DNA from: Octopus sinensis
Lineage: Eukaryota
Length of the DNA stretch: 64,000 bases
Direction of reading: 5' to 3'
NCBI RefSeq assembly: GCF_006345805.1
Contig: NC_043012.1
Location: forward strand, 24,924,001 to 24,988,000
Part shown: piece after piece, positions 1 through 12,689 of the stretch
How positions within the stretch are numbered: position 1 is the first letter of the stretch
How the letters are laid out: each line of letters begins with the position of its first letter
Notes under the pieces: generated by a model
The model's input: the letters and a program-made list of their open reading frames with translations, nothing else
Database searches by the model: none
What the model was told of the DNA's origin: nothing
Program-made: the position numbers and the translations under genes

Positions 1-602
1 TATATATATATATATATATACATATTTGTATCTACAACAGGTGAGATGGCCGTACGAAAAGTTTCGATTGTGGTGAAACCTTTGGAATTTGAAATGACGC
101 ATTTCAAGTGGCTAAGAGCCATGAAACTACCATCAGTTCATCCTTTTCGCAGAAATGGATAACTCCTGAAAGGCTCATAGTCTTAACACCGCATTAAAAT
201 CTGACAGAATTTAATCCGTCATTCCCAAACATTCTGTGAGTCTGCGAGTTTTTATGAAGTTTATAGAATTGAGAAAGAGTGCCGATTATGTTTTTAAAAT
301 TGACTGGAAGATGGTATAGCGTTGTTTGAAAGCATTAGATTAGCTTTAATCGGGTGTGCCACATTGAATGCATTCATAGAATTCATTCAACACCTCAAAA
401 TGATTTTTAGATTTTAGTTGACTCAACCAAAAATATTTAAAAACCAAATGGATTCTTCGGTTCACTGTGTCCCATTTTAATATGAACAAATGTAAATGTG
501 ATTCTAAATATGGATTTTATGGATATATGCATGCATCATTGAAATGTTCTGGATTTTGTAAAACTTATCTTAAATGTGGAAAAATAAAGACTTTCTCTTC
601 TG

Positions 603-720
603 TGGGATGTAGAGGGGCTGACACGCGACCGTCAGCAGTGGAGAGCGCTGGTGGACCTGGTTGGCTCTACGCATGATAACGCCCTTGTGACCATTTACCC
701 CCAGCTCCATCAAGCAAGAG
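603..720 (+). mobile_element. 3' terminal fragment of an RTE-clade LINE inserted in the Gypsy gag region
   Basis: Translates WDVEGLTRDRQQWRALVDLVGSTHD, like the RTE C-terminal DR..WR.LV motif, and ends in a CAAGCAAG-like tail. Confidence 0.6.
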
Positions 721-1456
721 CATGTAGCCAAGTCTTGAATAGAATGTAAATCTACAAAAAGGTTCAAGAAATTGAAAAAGGAAGAATTTACAATTATTTA
801 TGAAATTGGCATAAAAATACTACAATGAGCAATATGAAAGCCAAAAATGTTAGTTGAAATATAAGCTGACACTGGTAACTCTAATGCTTCGGTACTTCGG
901 GATGGATTTCAATAAACCAAGATTCTGAAAATGTAATTTCAAGCTAAAAATAATTTGATGGATCACTCGTTGAAATTTCGAGCAAGTTTGAAGAATTAAT
1001 GGAAACTGATAAAAAGAAAAAAAGGTTCTGAGTGTTGTTGCTGCTGACTGTAAAAGCAAAAAAACAAAACAAAAACAAAGCAAAAACATTAAGGGTTTGT
1101 TTGGTATGGACGTGATGAATGTTGAGAGTTCAACATTAATTCTTGAGATTAAAGCTTTATGACAATTTAGAAGATTAGGAGGTTTCAAGGCTAACATTCT
1201 TCTCAAAGGAAATATCTGGCCATGTTGTTTTGAGGCGAAATCATTACTAATGCACATTAAACAATTAGTCAGAGGCTGAAGAAACTAATTAATGAAGGTC
1301 TTTTAGAAGTTCCACCCGGAAGGAATAAATGAGTTGCTTCTTTAATGGTTGTGCGAAAATCAGATGAAGATTCCAGAATATGTGGAGACTATAAAGTAAG
1401 AATTTAAAGTTCAATAAGAATCATATTCTTCAACTCTGAATACTGAATCAATATTC

Positions 1457-1490
<34 letters not shown>

Positions 1491-1730
1491 CGAGTCATTT
1501 TGTTAAATTAGATTTGAAGAGGACACGTATCATCAGATAGAAATATATTCTGATGCAAGAAAAACAATAAATACATCAACAAGTCTTTTTACATATTTCC
1601 CACATGGAATTCGTCAACCAGTGCAAGGTTTTAGGGAGCAACCGAACATGTTGCAAATGGCATTTTTGGAAATTTTGTTTATCACAGAAAATATTGGTGG
1701 TAAAAATGTCGGATGTTTACGTATATTGGT

Positions 1731-2036
1731 GATGCAGTTATAGTTGTGTGGTTAAGAAGCTCGCTTTGCAACCACATACTTTCGGGTTCAGTCCCACTGT
1801 GTGACACATTGTCTTCTACTATAGCCCAGGGCCAATCAATGTCTTGTGAGTGGATTTCATAAACGGAAACTGTGTGCGTGGGTGGTTTCCCAGCAGCGTC
1901 ACAATCGGCTGGGGTTAATTTGTTTACATTTCCGTAACGTGGTGGTTCAGACGTAAAATATAAGTTGTGGAGTCGATTTTCTTTTCAATAAAACATTCCA
2001 AGGTCGTGCCCCATGACTAAAACAAGTAGTAAAAGA
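1731..2036 (+). mobile_element. SINE-A (tRNA-derived SINE), old copy inside the Gypsy RT region
   Basis: GTGTGGTTAAGAAGCT head, GGGTTCAGTCCCACTG B-box-like motif and ACAAGTAGTAAAAGA tail, shared with other copies in the window. Confidence 0.8.
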
Positions 2037-2983
2037 TGACAAAATAATTCTTAGGAACGATTTATTGATCGTTTTTCAAACCACGTATTGCCACTTTCAT
2101 CATTTCGTAAAAGTGGTGTTCCATTTTCGCGAATTGTCCAACAAAAGACATTTACGTCTATAAAGTTGGTCGTAGTACCTGTACTAGGTGAACCAATCTA
2201 TGGTACCATGAAAGAAATTTACTTAGCCTTCCCACTTGGATCAGTTACTATGTAAGGAATACTCTCACGGAACAGCATTCTTGAATTATATTTAAGAGCA
2301 TTAACCATGGCAGAACCTACATACTTGAATATTGAGAGAGAAACCTTGGTGATTGTATAAAGTAATCATTGAGTTTGGAATTGACCAAAAATTTTAATAA
2401 AATTTATTTTTTAACGACAATTGTAGCTTACCGAAAATAACATCTGCACTTACTGTGACAGGTCTTAGAGACGACAGCGTTTTATTACAAAACATCTTAT
2501 GTAAACGTATTCCAAATACCTCATAGAGATCTATTATTACGACTGGAAATAATCGATAATGTTGGTTTGGGCGCTCATAATAACGATAGCTTTCTAGCTT
2601 TCTTTCGTTTATCGTGTAGAAATTAATCTAATAAAAGGTGAAAATATAAAATTAGAAACTGCCAACGATACGGTTTTATCTTGATACTTTTAATATCTGA
2701 TAGAATTCCTAATAAAGTTCTGTATTTGAAAAATCGTTTAAGTCATTTAAAAATAAGTTTTAAAAATGGTATTTTGTATAAGGGAGAATTAATTGTTCCA
2801 CCAACCTACATAACGGCAACAAACAAATGGTTGGAATTAGGACGGGATAGTCAACAGTGAAAATGAGTTAACGACATGTGAGACATCCTACATGTGCTGT
2901 AATAAGGCTAGAATTGTCTCACATGATGCACACACAGTCTAAAGAAAATAAAGCAGAGGTACGTGTGTATGTAGTTCACGGTT

Positions 2984-3243
2984 ATGTCAAGAATTATGGT
3001 CAGGTCAGATCTGGAAACATACACTGTAACAACGCGTCACTACAATCACCATTTGTTGGTGATTTCCTACTCCTATCGGATGACACCTTTGCGCCACTCG
3101 GGTGACAATCCCCCAACCAATGGATCTTTTTGGGTCGTCCTTGCTGGTGAGGATTTTGCGAAAACGGAGTGCAAGTCCTACCTCAACCTCTTTTAGTCAC
3201 CATTTACGACGTGTAAAGGATACATTGAGTTTATTCTTTGGCA
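2984..3243. mobile_element. ~260 bp interspersed repeat with degenerate terminal inverted repeats, paralogous to 59483-60228
   Basis: 3025-3243 aligns by eye with 60023-60228. Its ends are ATGTCAAGAATTAT and the reverse complement of ATGCCAAAGAATAAA. It interrupts the Gypsy integrase. Confidence 0.6.
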
Positions 3244-4045
3244 TGTTGGATTATTCTTAATATTTGTTGATTAATACTTTGAATGATAAGAAATAAAAGT
3301 GAAGAATATAGAAACAAAAATAATTAGGCTGTTGGTAAGAATTGTCTTTGCCCGAAATTGTCATCTAGAAACATTAGATGTGTGACATTGTCTGTTAGTT
3401 TGACGATCCATGGTTTCATATGCACAGATATAAAACTCGATAAAACAGCACCTCCAAGCCATCCAAAATCAAACAGAATTACTTAAAGAATGGAGATACG
3501 CTTTCAAAAGAGTTTTTTTTTTCTAATATTTACCGTGAGGCTACGTCATTGATGAGGTTGCGAATGGCAGCGGAAGGACTTTGATAAACCTACATAACCG
3601 ATTGAATTGACTGATTGATCGAACGATTAATCAAACACTCGATTAGTTAATTGGTTAAATGTTAACTAATTGACTGATGTGTGTACACACATGTACACGC
3701 ATATGTGTGCGTATGTATAAACACACATATAGACAACTCGTATATATGATATATAATTTGTGTAAGTTCCAAAAGTTTAACAAGGGTGAAGAGTTTCGTG
3801 CACGGCACTAATTGAATTCCGTTGTTTCTTCCCCCAAGCCTAGATGCATAGATAGTAAAAGCTGGAAAAATTACATCATAAAAATCACAGAGATACGTCC
3901 ATAATATTGGAATGAACTTAAAATTTTTTAACACAAGTTTATACCAACACACATCTATACCAATAGCTTTTTAAAGAACACCTTTATCATACGATTTGAA
4001 ATAGCATCTCTTTCATTCGATCTACTACACTGAAATTCATCCTTT

Positions 4046-4108
4046 CCTCTGACGAATGGATGTACTTTCTAATAATAGTTAACTTATATTGATGAAACGA
4101 TCATAAGA
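4046..4108 (+). ncRNA. Degenerate type I hammerhead ribozyme-like motif
   Basis: cct CTGACGA (4049-4055), AT-rich stem II, GAAAC gatc ATA aga. Core boxes are intact; stem III has a C-A mismatch. Confidence 0.45.
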
Positions 4109-4233
4109 TCTCTCAAATCTTTTTAAATAATCATAGTTGTACTTTATATAGTCCTTTATTAATACAATATTATTTATATTATGAACGTATCTCCACTGTG
4201 AACTTTCGATGTAATTTTCCCTGCTTTTACTTT

Positions 4234-4272
<39 letters not shown>

Positions 4273-5334
4273 GACGAGCTTCTTTCAGTTTCCGTCTACC
4301 AAATCCACTCACAAGGCTTTGGTCTGCCAAAGGTGGGGCTGAACCCAGAACCATGGGGTTGGTAAGCAAGCTACTTACCACACAGCCACTCTTGCGCCTA
4401 TGCATATGTATTTTGTGTAATGTATATATGTATGTAGGAATTGGTAGTAGATATCGATGTAAAATATATACATCTTTCAGGAAAAGACAATATTTACAGA
4501 CTAACATGTCTTCTGGTAATAAAACCCACCGAATTGCACAAGGGCCCTTCTTGGTCTCCCGTCATCGTAAAAGCAGGCATTCAGTGATTATTACATGAAA
4601 TAATTGCTACAAACGACATAAATTTTTACGAAACAGAATAAAAAAATAAGGCCATCACATCCATAATTAATTCACCAAATTTTTTTGCAAACATTTGCCA
4701 TTTTAACTTGAGCAAAATTCGGTTGTTATTTCTAGCGAATCATTTCAACACTCAGAAGATGCGTCCCTCATTCACTGCGTCTAAAATTCTATGCTAGGCT
4801 GTGGCCTGCAAACGTTTATACTAATATATACATTGGATGAGAACCTATTAAGTGCGCGCGTGTGTGTGTGTGTGTGTGTGGAATTTGATAGCAGCAAAAT
4901 AATCATGAAAAGAAATTATAAAACGTCACAACAGCATGTATCACAAATGATTACAACAACAACAACAGGAATAGCAATGACAATAATAATAATAATGATA
5001 ATAATAATAATTTAAACTAATTTGTGTTTATATACCATGTAAATCATAACGCGATGTTTGATGCTTCCAGGAGTAGACAATTTCATCGACTTTTGCATTC
5101 TGAAATCATTTGATTTTCGGTAATAAACGAAATATTTTATATCATTATTACTAAAGATAATAATACTTTATATATGCTGTGAAATTCTTTTTTAATTTAT
5201 GTTTTATTTTTGTAGTTTTGTCTTTATTCTATTTCACTCTATATACATACAATATATATATATGTGTGTATGTATATGTGTGTGTGTTTATACAGTGAAA
5301 GACAGACAGACATTTACAGATATTGTTGTGTGTG

Positions 5335-5375
<41 letters not shown>

Positions 5376-5395
5376 GTGTGTGTGTGTGTGTTTGT

Positions 5396-5430
<35 letters not shown>

Positions 5431-6606
5431 TAAGACAGTAAGATATTTGATAACATTATCAAAACTAATACTGGAATATCTATTATTAACGAAGGTCTGT
5501 TTTTATTCGTTTTGTTATTGTTATGTGGTTTTTATTGGATAATACACGTTGAGATCATCTATCATCTATTTTATTGTAAACTGTCATCACATACACACAT
5601 ACGGACAGACAGACCGAAACGTCTCTGTATAGGCAGTTATAGGCATATCTGGACATCTGTAGCTGATCGTTGAATGACCGGTGATGATTTGTTGTTGTTG
5701 TTATTTAGACTATGGTCAGACAAATCATCGAGCAGACCAGTGAACAAGAGCATTTCACCTCTTACACTCTTGTATTTTCCCAATGTACTGGGAACCGAGA
5801 ACCACATTATTCAATCTATCCGTCTACAATTCAGTGTGTTGTGATTTGAGAAGCGTGGTTACTCTTTCTACCACGTTAAGGGACTGTTTACTGGCTCCTT
5901 TGTTGGTTTGTTGCTTTCATCTTTTTTTCAGTTTCAGTCATTGGTCTTCGGCCATACTGATGCACGTCTTTGAAGGATACCCCCAGTATATTTTTTTTTC
6001 TAAGTCAGCTACATCGTTTCTTTTGCTGAAACGATAAGTTCCGGGGATGCAAGCAAACCAACAATGGTCGTCAAGCGATGATGGGATACATACGTATATA
6101 TTGTAATTCAGTTTCTCGAAACCGATCACTTGATGATCGGTTGCGTGGTATTCTTAGCAAGAGTTTGTGAAGGTTTTCTGCTCCACTGAAACACGCTACT
6201 TTCACTTTGATATTAGAATACTATTTTCTCCACCATACTATTCAGGTGCAATACTATTTGCACCTGAACTCAAATATGTTTAACACACACACATTCACAC
6301 ACAGAAGGGACTGTGCAGGAGAAGGAAGAGATGAGTATTTGGTTATAGCTGAAAAAAAGGCTCTGCATTTAGTTAACAATTCCTTACATGCCCTTTAAGC
6401 AAGCTGTTTGCTAACAGAGTTGGTTTTTCTCTTACTTTCATTAATCACTAGGGTAGACGTTAGCTTAAGGATGTGTAACAAAGTAATCCGAATGACTATC
6501 CCTACAGAACACTTTTTCCCCATGGGTAAGATCAGGGAATATGGCATACGTATAATAATTATTACAACTTTTATCAATTTACCCAAGCATACTTACAAAG
6601 TTACCC

Positions 6607-6647
<41 letters not shown>

Positions 6648-6651
<4 letters not shown>

Positions 6652-7022
6652 TTAAATCCTTAAATCCTTAAAAATGTTTTAGCCCGAAGGCCGCGGCCAT
6701 GCTGGGGCACCACCGCTGAATGAGCTACACTAATTTGTGAATCCACCTCTGATACGTGGCACTTGATCAATAAGGGAGTTCGATGCTGCTGCCCGCATCT
6801 GCGTCTCCTGTCGTGAGGTAGGTTCATCTGGGACTCCCGACAAGAAGAGATCCAGTTTAGTTTTAAAGAAACCCACATCCACACCATGTAAGTCTCTCAG
6901 GCATTTAGGGAGGATGTTAAAGAGCTGTGGTCCTCTGAAAGCCAAGCTGTTGCAGTATCTGGACCTGTATTTTGATGGTGATGTTGGAATCTTTGGCACC
7001 ATGCCCCGTTCTGCGGTTGGGG
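6648..7022 (-). mobile_element. 5'-truncated CR1-clade LINE 3' end (ORF2 C-terminus, 3' UTR, octamer tail)
   Basis: ORF 6730-7119(-) contains SLAFRGPQLFNILPKCLRDL...FKTKLDLFLSGVPDEP...SNSL, typical of the CR1 ORF2 C-terminus. The element ends in (TTAAGGAT)x3, an 8-bp tandem tail typical of CR1. Confidence 0.85.
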
Positions 7023-7309
7023 TATATATATAAAACCTATCATTGTCTACGTTTAACCAGACACTATACAAACGAATGGTTCCTCGGAGATAAGGAGTGT
7101 AAATGCAATGCTTCCTCAAATCTAAACACTCCCACCTTCAACATTCAAGGCAAAGTTTGATCGATCCGCAATCAAAAAGCTTAATAGCATTCCTATAAGT
7201 TTTACATTTTTCTGCCCAAATTGCTAGATTCTTATTCTCCATTTTCAAGCATAAAAATTATTCCATTGTATACTTAATCTTTATAAAATGTTTTTTAAAA
7301 TTTAGGCGC

Positions 7310-7668
7310 AAGGTCTGAAGTTCCGAGGCAGGTGGGTGTAACATAGTACCTTTGCTTCCAATATTTGAATGGTATTGATTTTTATCGGACCGTGAAGAGA
7401 GGAAAGGTGGGAATTGAACTCGGAATGTTAAGAGCCGAAATTAATACCGTCTTTTCCGACAAGTCGAATTTTTCAAACCAAAATTTACAAGCAAAACAAG
7501 TCGATCGACTTATACACTACAAATTCCATGTGAAATGCAGCTGAATTCGGAAAGATATTGACGACGTTTAAACATTTGCACCATACACAAAGTTAACTTG
7601 TATGCCGAAAAATACGGTATCACAGAGCATTTTTATCGGACAATCTAACGACTCTGCCAGCTCACTGA
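7310..7668 (-). mobile_element. SINE-B copy split by a MITE
   Basis: Reverse-complement SINE-B head (ACGACTCTGCCAGCTC) and body lie on either side of 7447-7617. Confidence 0.65.
7447..7617. mobile_element. Tc1/mariner-superfamily (Tc2/pogo-like) MITE
   Basis: TA-CCGTCTTTTCCGAC ... GCCGAAAAATACGG-TA: imperfect TIRs with a TA target duplication and internal AAGTCG/CGACTT repeats. Confidence 0.7.
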
Positions 7669-7677
7669 TTTATTTTT

Positions 7678-7875
7678 TAAGGCTGGCAGAATTATTAGAG
7701 CATGGAAAATATGCTTTGGGATATCTGTTTTGCCTCCTTTGTTCTGAGTTCAAATACTGTTGAGGTCTGCTTTACTTTTGTTTGTGTGGGGTCGATAAAA
7801 TAAAGTACTGGTTAATGAAATCAACACACCTCTTCCTCAAGCTAGCTGGCCTTGTGCCTAAATCAGAAACCATTA
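7678..7875 (+). mobile_element. SINE-B copy
   Basis: GGCTGGCAGAAT head, TGAGTTCAAAT B-box-like motif and GGGGTCGATAAAATAAAGTAC core. Confidence 0.7.
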
Positions 7876-8754
7876 TATAATTAATTTTCTTTTTCATTTT
7901 GAACTCTCTTAAATTATCTATTCTCCTCCACCAGCCGTTTCCCCAAATTCAAAGCCACTAAAATCTGTCGCAAATAAAACCGGAGTTAGTTGATGGTTAT
8001 TTTTCGTGCGTGGATTTCTCTATCAGCCGGACGGCCAACTCTTGTTTCCTGCTAAACAAATGTAAACTACTAACTTGACCATTATTCTTTTATTACTTTT
8101 CGGTGTAATCACAAGTTTGGCGGTGTCTTGAATTGTTAATTATATAAATGGTAATCACAGATGTGACAATTCTCACCGTAGTTGCATAATTGACCAGCAC
8201 GAAGTCGACGAGTACTGCTACATTGAACTTGGCTTTGCATTCTTTGCTAAGCCGAAACTCAGCACTCGCAACAAGCCAATAACCTCGCACGGAATGTCAT
8301 CAAAATTCACAGCTGATAATTGCTGATTCCAATCTAATATTTACCGATTCCAAATGCTAATTAGACATTACAAATTTCGTATTATCGATTCCAAAGTACT
8401 ATTGATTCCAGTTTAACGATTTGAGTTGCAGCTATGGTGCCAATGATAGTCAACTAAATATCGATGCGTATATTTGTGTATATTAGATTTCGTAAGAAAC
8501 TGTTTGAAAAGTCAATTCATTTGATGAGTGAGATTTTCATAATAAAATGAAATCTAATTAATACATGTGCAAGCAGAAGGTGGCGAATTGGCTGAAGCGT
8601 TAGCTCGCTGAACTTACCCCCCGTTTAATCTTGACACTCTGCGTTCTGAGTTCAAATCCAGCAAAAGTCGATTTTTATTTCCTTCCGTGATCGGTCGATT
8701 GTTTTCTCACCTCTTTGAAATATTAACCTCTTGTTTAATCATATATATATATAA

Positions 8755-9108
8755 AGGCGTCAGCATACCTGTATGGTTAAGAAGCTCGCTTTGCAACTAA
8801 GTGGTTTTGAGATCGATTCTAGTGTGCGGCACCTTTGGCAAGTGTCTTTTATGAAATGCTTTGTAAGGGAACTTGATCGATGGAATCTGTGTGGAAACCA
8901 GTCGAATATATATGTGTGTGTATGTGTTTGTCCACCATCGCTTGACAACTGGAATTTGTTTGGTTGGTTTGTTTACATCTCCGTAACTGAGCAGTTTAGC
9001 AAAAGTAACCGATAGAATATGTTCCAGACTTAAAATTATGTAACTAGTGGGACCTTCAAAACGGTGCCCCAGCATGGCCACAATTCAATGCATGGAACAA
9101 GCGAAAGA
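8755..9108 (+). mobile_element. SINE-A copy
   Basis: Head, CTTTGGCAAGTGTC core, internal (TG)n and GGTGCCCCAGCATGGCC 3' motif. Confidence 0.8.
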
Positions 9109-11555
9109 TGAGAGAAAGGGGGGGGGTATGTGTGTATATAAACGTGTGTATATGTACACAGATAAACACACACATATTCATATGTTTCTCTATATAAGTG
9201 TATATACAGAAAAATAATGGTTTATTTTAATGACTCTACAATTCCCAAATGACATTGGAGGCCCAAGAGCTATGAGATTGCTTCAAATGGAAATCAGAAT
9301 GCATATAAGTTTTAAGGTTCCGTTTTAGGTTCAATTTAGTGTGCTATACTAGGAGTCAGGATTAGAGTAAAAGAAATTGGTTCTGTAGAAACCTTTATTT
9401 TTAAGATCGTATCTGGTTTACTTTTAGGGCGAAATTCGTAAACAGAGTTGGAGCTAATATTAGAGTAAGTTAGTGATTTAAAAGTTAGTTAGCAATAAAG
9501 ATAAAAGTTATATTGTTTGGAAAACAGAATGAAAGTATTAAACAAATGTTTACTTATAAATTCGCATCCAGCAATTACTTTCTTCTTCAGATCCAGAACA
9601 TCCATCATTGACCATATCTACGATCCTAAACAAGATCCTATATTTCTAGGGATATCTGGAAATATATTTTCATGCTTTCAAAGGGATGGGGTATGATTTA
9701 GTGAGAATTTAGCTGTCGTTTCTACCAATTCAATCGACCACAGAGAAGTTTTGTCTTTGACTCCAATATGTCGTATGGTATCAAACACTAGCTCAAAATC
9801 AGCAAAAATACCCCATAAAAGATAAGATATAAAGCAGAAAATAATGGATTTCTATCAACAATTGGAATTTAGCTGTAGACCAACTGCGCTGTATTTACGG
9901 GCATGAGCGCGAGTGGTTTCCCATGAGACATACGGTAATTAGAATATCAAAATAAATGCTTTTGGTTTTCGTACCGTAAAAGATGTTAGTGAAACGATTG
10001 CTTTCGTCAGTAAGTGTGTGTGTGTGTGTGTGTGCGCGCCCGAATACTCTGAAAGCAACTGAAATAATGATGCGTTACAAGCCATTGATAAATGCTTGGA
10101 GTAGTTGTACGTGATCATCTGATGATGATTTTGGGTTTACCCTAGATATGAAATTTTAAAACCATGCGTGACCATTGAAAGGTCTAGACCCTTCCTACAT
10201 CATAATGTAGCTGATTCTGAGAGAGACAGACAAACAGACAGAGGAAGGGGGAGAGAAGACTCGCACTCAATACTTGATTAGTACTTTATTTATCGATATC
10301 GGAAGGGTTCAGATAAATAGACCCCGGCAAGATTTGAACCTAGAAGGCAAATGATCGTGACAAATGCTGCAAGACATTCTATCCCATGTTCCACTGCCTC
10401 AGAATTTTACTCTTTATTTTATTGACACTGGACGGATGAAAGGTGAAATTTATATCTTCCCCAATTTGAACACAGAAGTTAAAAAGGAAAATGGTAGCTA
10501 AATTTCCGGAGATATTTTGTCTCAAGCTCTACCGATTCTGGGGGGAAAAAATCACTGTCCACACTCCATCCACCTTACACGGCAGAAATTAATGAATGAG
10601 TGAGTGTACACTGTAATACTCGAACCAGTTATCGTCTGGCTGGTTTATTAGCATTCTCGATTTTACGTTTGCTAAATGTATTCGAATTGTTATTCAAATT
10701 ATGCAACCAACCAGCTTGGTGATGATCCACTTTTTATCATTTATTTGAAAGCGAGGCTCCTTATTCCTCAAAGGTCGTGACCTAACTTGAGGTCGATGAG
10801 TATTAGGATTGGGATCGAGAGGTCAACAGAATTTGAAATGTGCAATTACGGCGAAAACTATTAAACCCGTGAATGGTTTTATACCTCCATCATGACGATT
10901 AATCCTACCACAGTCAGTAAGACGCATCGACGTTTCTACATGACGTACATGCATGTTTATGTGCATACACGCACGCATATGTGCATACATGCTCCTGTAG
11001 ATACATGTGTACCACACATGCGTAAGATACATGCATTTCATATACTTATACATATATACTGACATACGCTTAGACATGATAATATACAAATATATATATA
11101 TGTGTATTCACATAGTTATTTTCCCTATCCCTCTCTTTCTTTCTCCTCCTCTCTTTCTTTCTCTCCATCTCTCTTTTTTATCAATCCATCTATCTCTTTC
11201 ACTTGGGTTTAGCTCGTTGGATCAATGCATCTCAGACTCACACATTTGTGTAAACGAACGAATAAATATGAATACAAGGATCACCCGTGTTATGAAAACT
11301 ACCGTGCTTACAGAAATTATAAAGTAGAACCACTTACTTCGAGATACAACCAATAATTCGGGGCTTACGGAAATTCGGAAAAGTTTAGTAGTTTACAATA
11401 TAAAAATCACAGCATATGGTATATTTAAGTATACATTTCTTTTATTTAGAAATATATATTTGGTTTAACTTACCTGTCAGTAATAAACTTTTACAATACA
11501 GTACGATACAGAATGACTGAAAAGCGAATACTGAAGTACGAAAGTAAGTCACATA

Positions 11556-12000
11556 CAGTAATCTCTCGGGTTGCGGGAGGAATGCGTAACTCGAACTCCG
11601 TAACGCGATGCCATTTTTTACATTTATTCCCATGTTGTACGCTGGACGAAAAACAGTGTTAAAATTTTGGTGTGGGATTGAAACTCAACTTAATGCCCAA
11701 ACAATCAACAACAGGTTCAGTAAGACGTTGTAGCACTTGCATATAATGAAGGCTTTGAAGAATACGATAAAGATAATGTGGTTGACTTGCAAGAATCCTC
11801 TTGAGAAAGGTTGCCTGATGAGGAGCTGATGCTGTTTGAACAAGAACGAGCTGCAAAGCTAGAAGAACGTATAAAAAGTCTACCCATTCCTCTTCAAACA
11901 GCTGGAAAATAATGTCTAAATGTTTGGATCCAACAGCACAGCCGATGTCCTGCAAGTCTTTGCTGAAAACGGTATCAGTCATAAACATAACATAAAAATA
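11556..12000 (+). mobile_element. Internally deleted Tigger/pogo-like DNA transposon relic
   Basis: TA-CAGTAATCTCTCG terminus of the same type as the MITE at 57870-58067. The + strand reads FEEYDKDNVVDLQES*ERLPDEELMLFEQER, resembling the acidic C-terminus of Tigger transposases. Right end not located. Confidence 0.55.
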
Positions 12001-12402
12001 TAGAACAGAAATTCATAATAAAGCCGGTCCCTACATGTAGCTGTAGGAAGAATGCACCAAAAATGTTAAGCAGCATTGGATAAGCTTGTTTGTTTCTCCG
12101 CTTATGAAGCTGATGATGATGATGATATTCAGGGCAGAAAATACTGCTCCTTTTCTCTTCAAGTCACCCCCATTGCACCAGCTCTTATCATGAAGCAGTC
12201 AGCATCATTTGTGGTGAGTACCAACTACAATATTATTAAACATATGATGTACCCTGGTGGCCAGTTATTGTAAGGGGGGTAATCATTTCTTGTTAATTTT
12301 TGCGGGATTTGAAGTTTGAATTTTAAACCAAAGAACAAAGCTAGAACATGCGAAGAATATACATATTTATTTATTTATTTACTTATTTATTTATTGTCAA
12401 GA

Positions 12403-12605
12403 TGGCGAGCTGGCAGAATCGTTAGCACGCCGGGCAAATTGCAAAGTGGCATTTCATCTATCTTTACGCTCTGAGTTCCAATTTCGCCGAGATCGAATTT
12501 ACCTTTCTTTTCAGGGTCGATAAAATAAGTACCATTTGAGTACTAGGGTCGGTGTAATCGACTATACTTCTCCTCCAAATTTCAGGCGTTGAGCTTAAAA
12601 GGATT
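12403..12605 (+). mobile_element. SINE-B copy
   Basis: GGCGAGCTGGCAGAATCGTTAGCACGCCGGGC head and AGGGTCGATAAAATAAGTACC core. Confidence 0.8.
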
Positions 12606-12689
12606 ATTATTTCTTTACTCATTACTATAGATCTAAAAATTTTAAGTCATAGATAATTCTGTATAGTACCATTAAAATCATAGTACCTT

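Larger units (their letters stand above)
40..3515 (+). mobile_element. Heavily decayed Ty3/Gypsy LTR retrotransposon internal region (gag-protease-RT-RNaseH-integrase relic), interrupted by younger insertions
   Basis: Domains appear in Gypsy order despite stops and frameshifts: knuckle-like YLKCGKIKTFSSV (~565-603); protease DTG (868-876); RT VVRKSDEDSRICGDYKV (1348-1398) and KLDLKR (~1505); RNase H RALTMAEPTYLNIERETLVIV (2295-2357); integrase FLIFVD and VFARN (~3250-3360) and IKLDKTAPPSHPKSN (3430-3474). No LTR pair found. Confidence 0.85.

Noticed and set aside
3160-3240. HDV-like ribozyme at GTCGTAAATGGTGACTAAAAG (minus strand)
   Set aside because: It recalls RTE 5' ends, but I could not build P1, P3 and P1.1 of the nested double pseudoknot.
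6062-6145. GAAAC followed by a 9-bp hairpin (AACCGATCA-cttga-TGATCGGTT)
   Set aside because: The upstream core is GCGATGA and stem I does not form; kept only as a small hairpin.
8093-8330. Open frames on both strands in unique sequence, one hydrophobic
   Set aside because: No recognisable domain and no convincing splice sites; ~65 codons is expected by chance.
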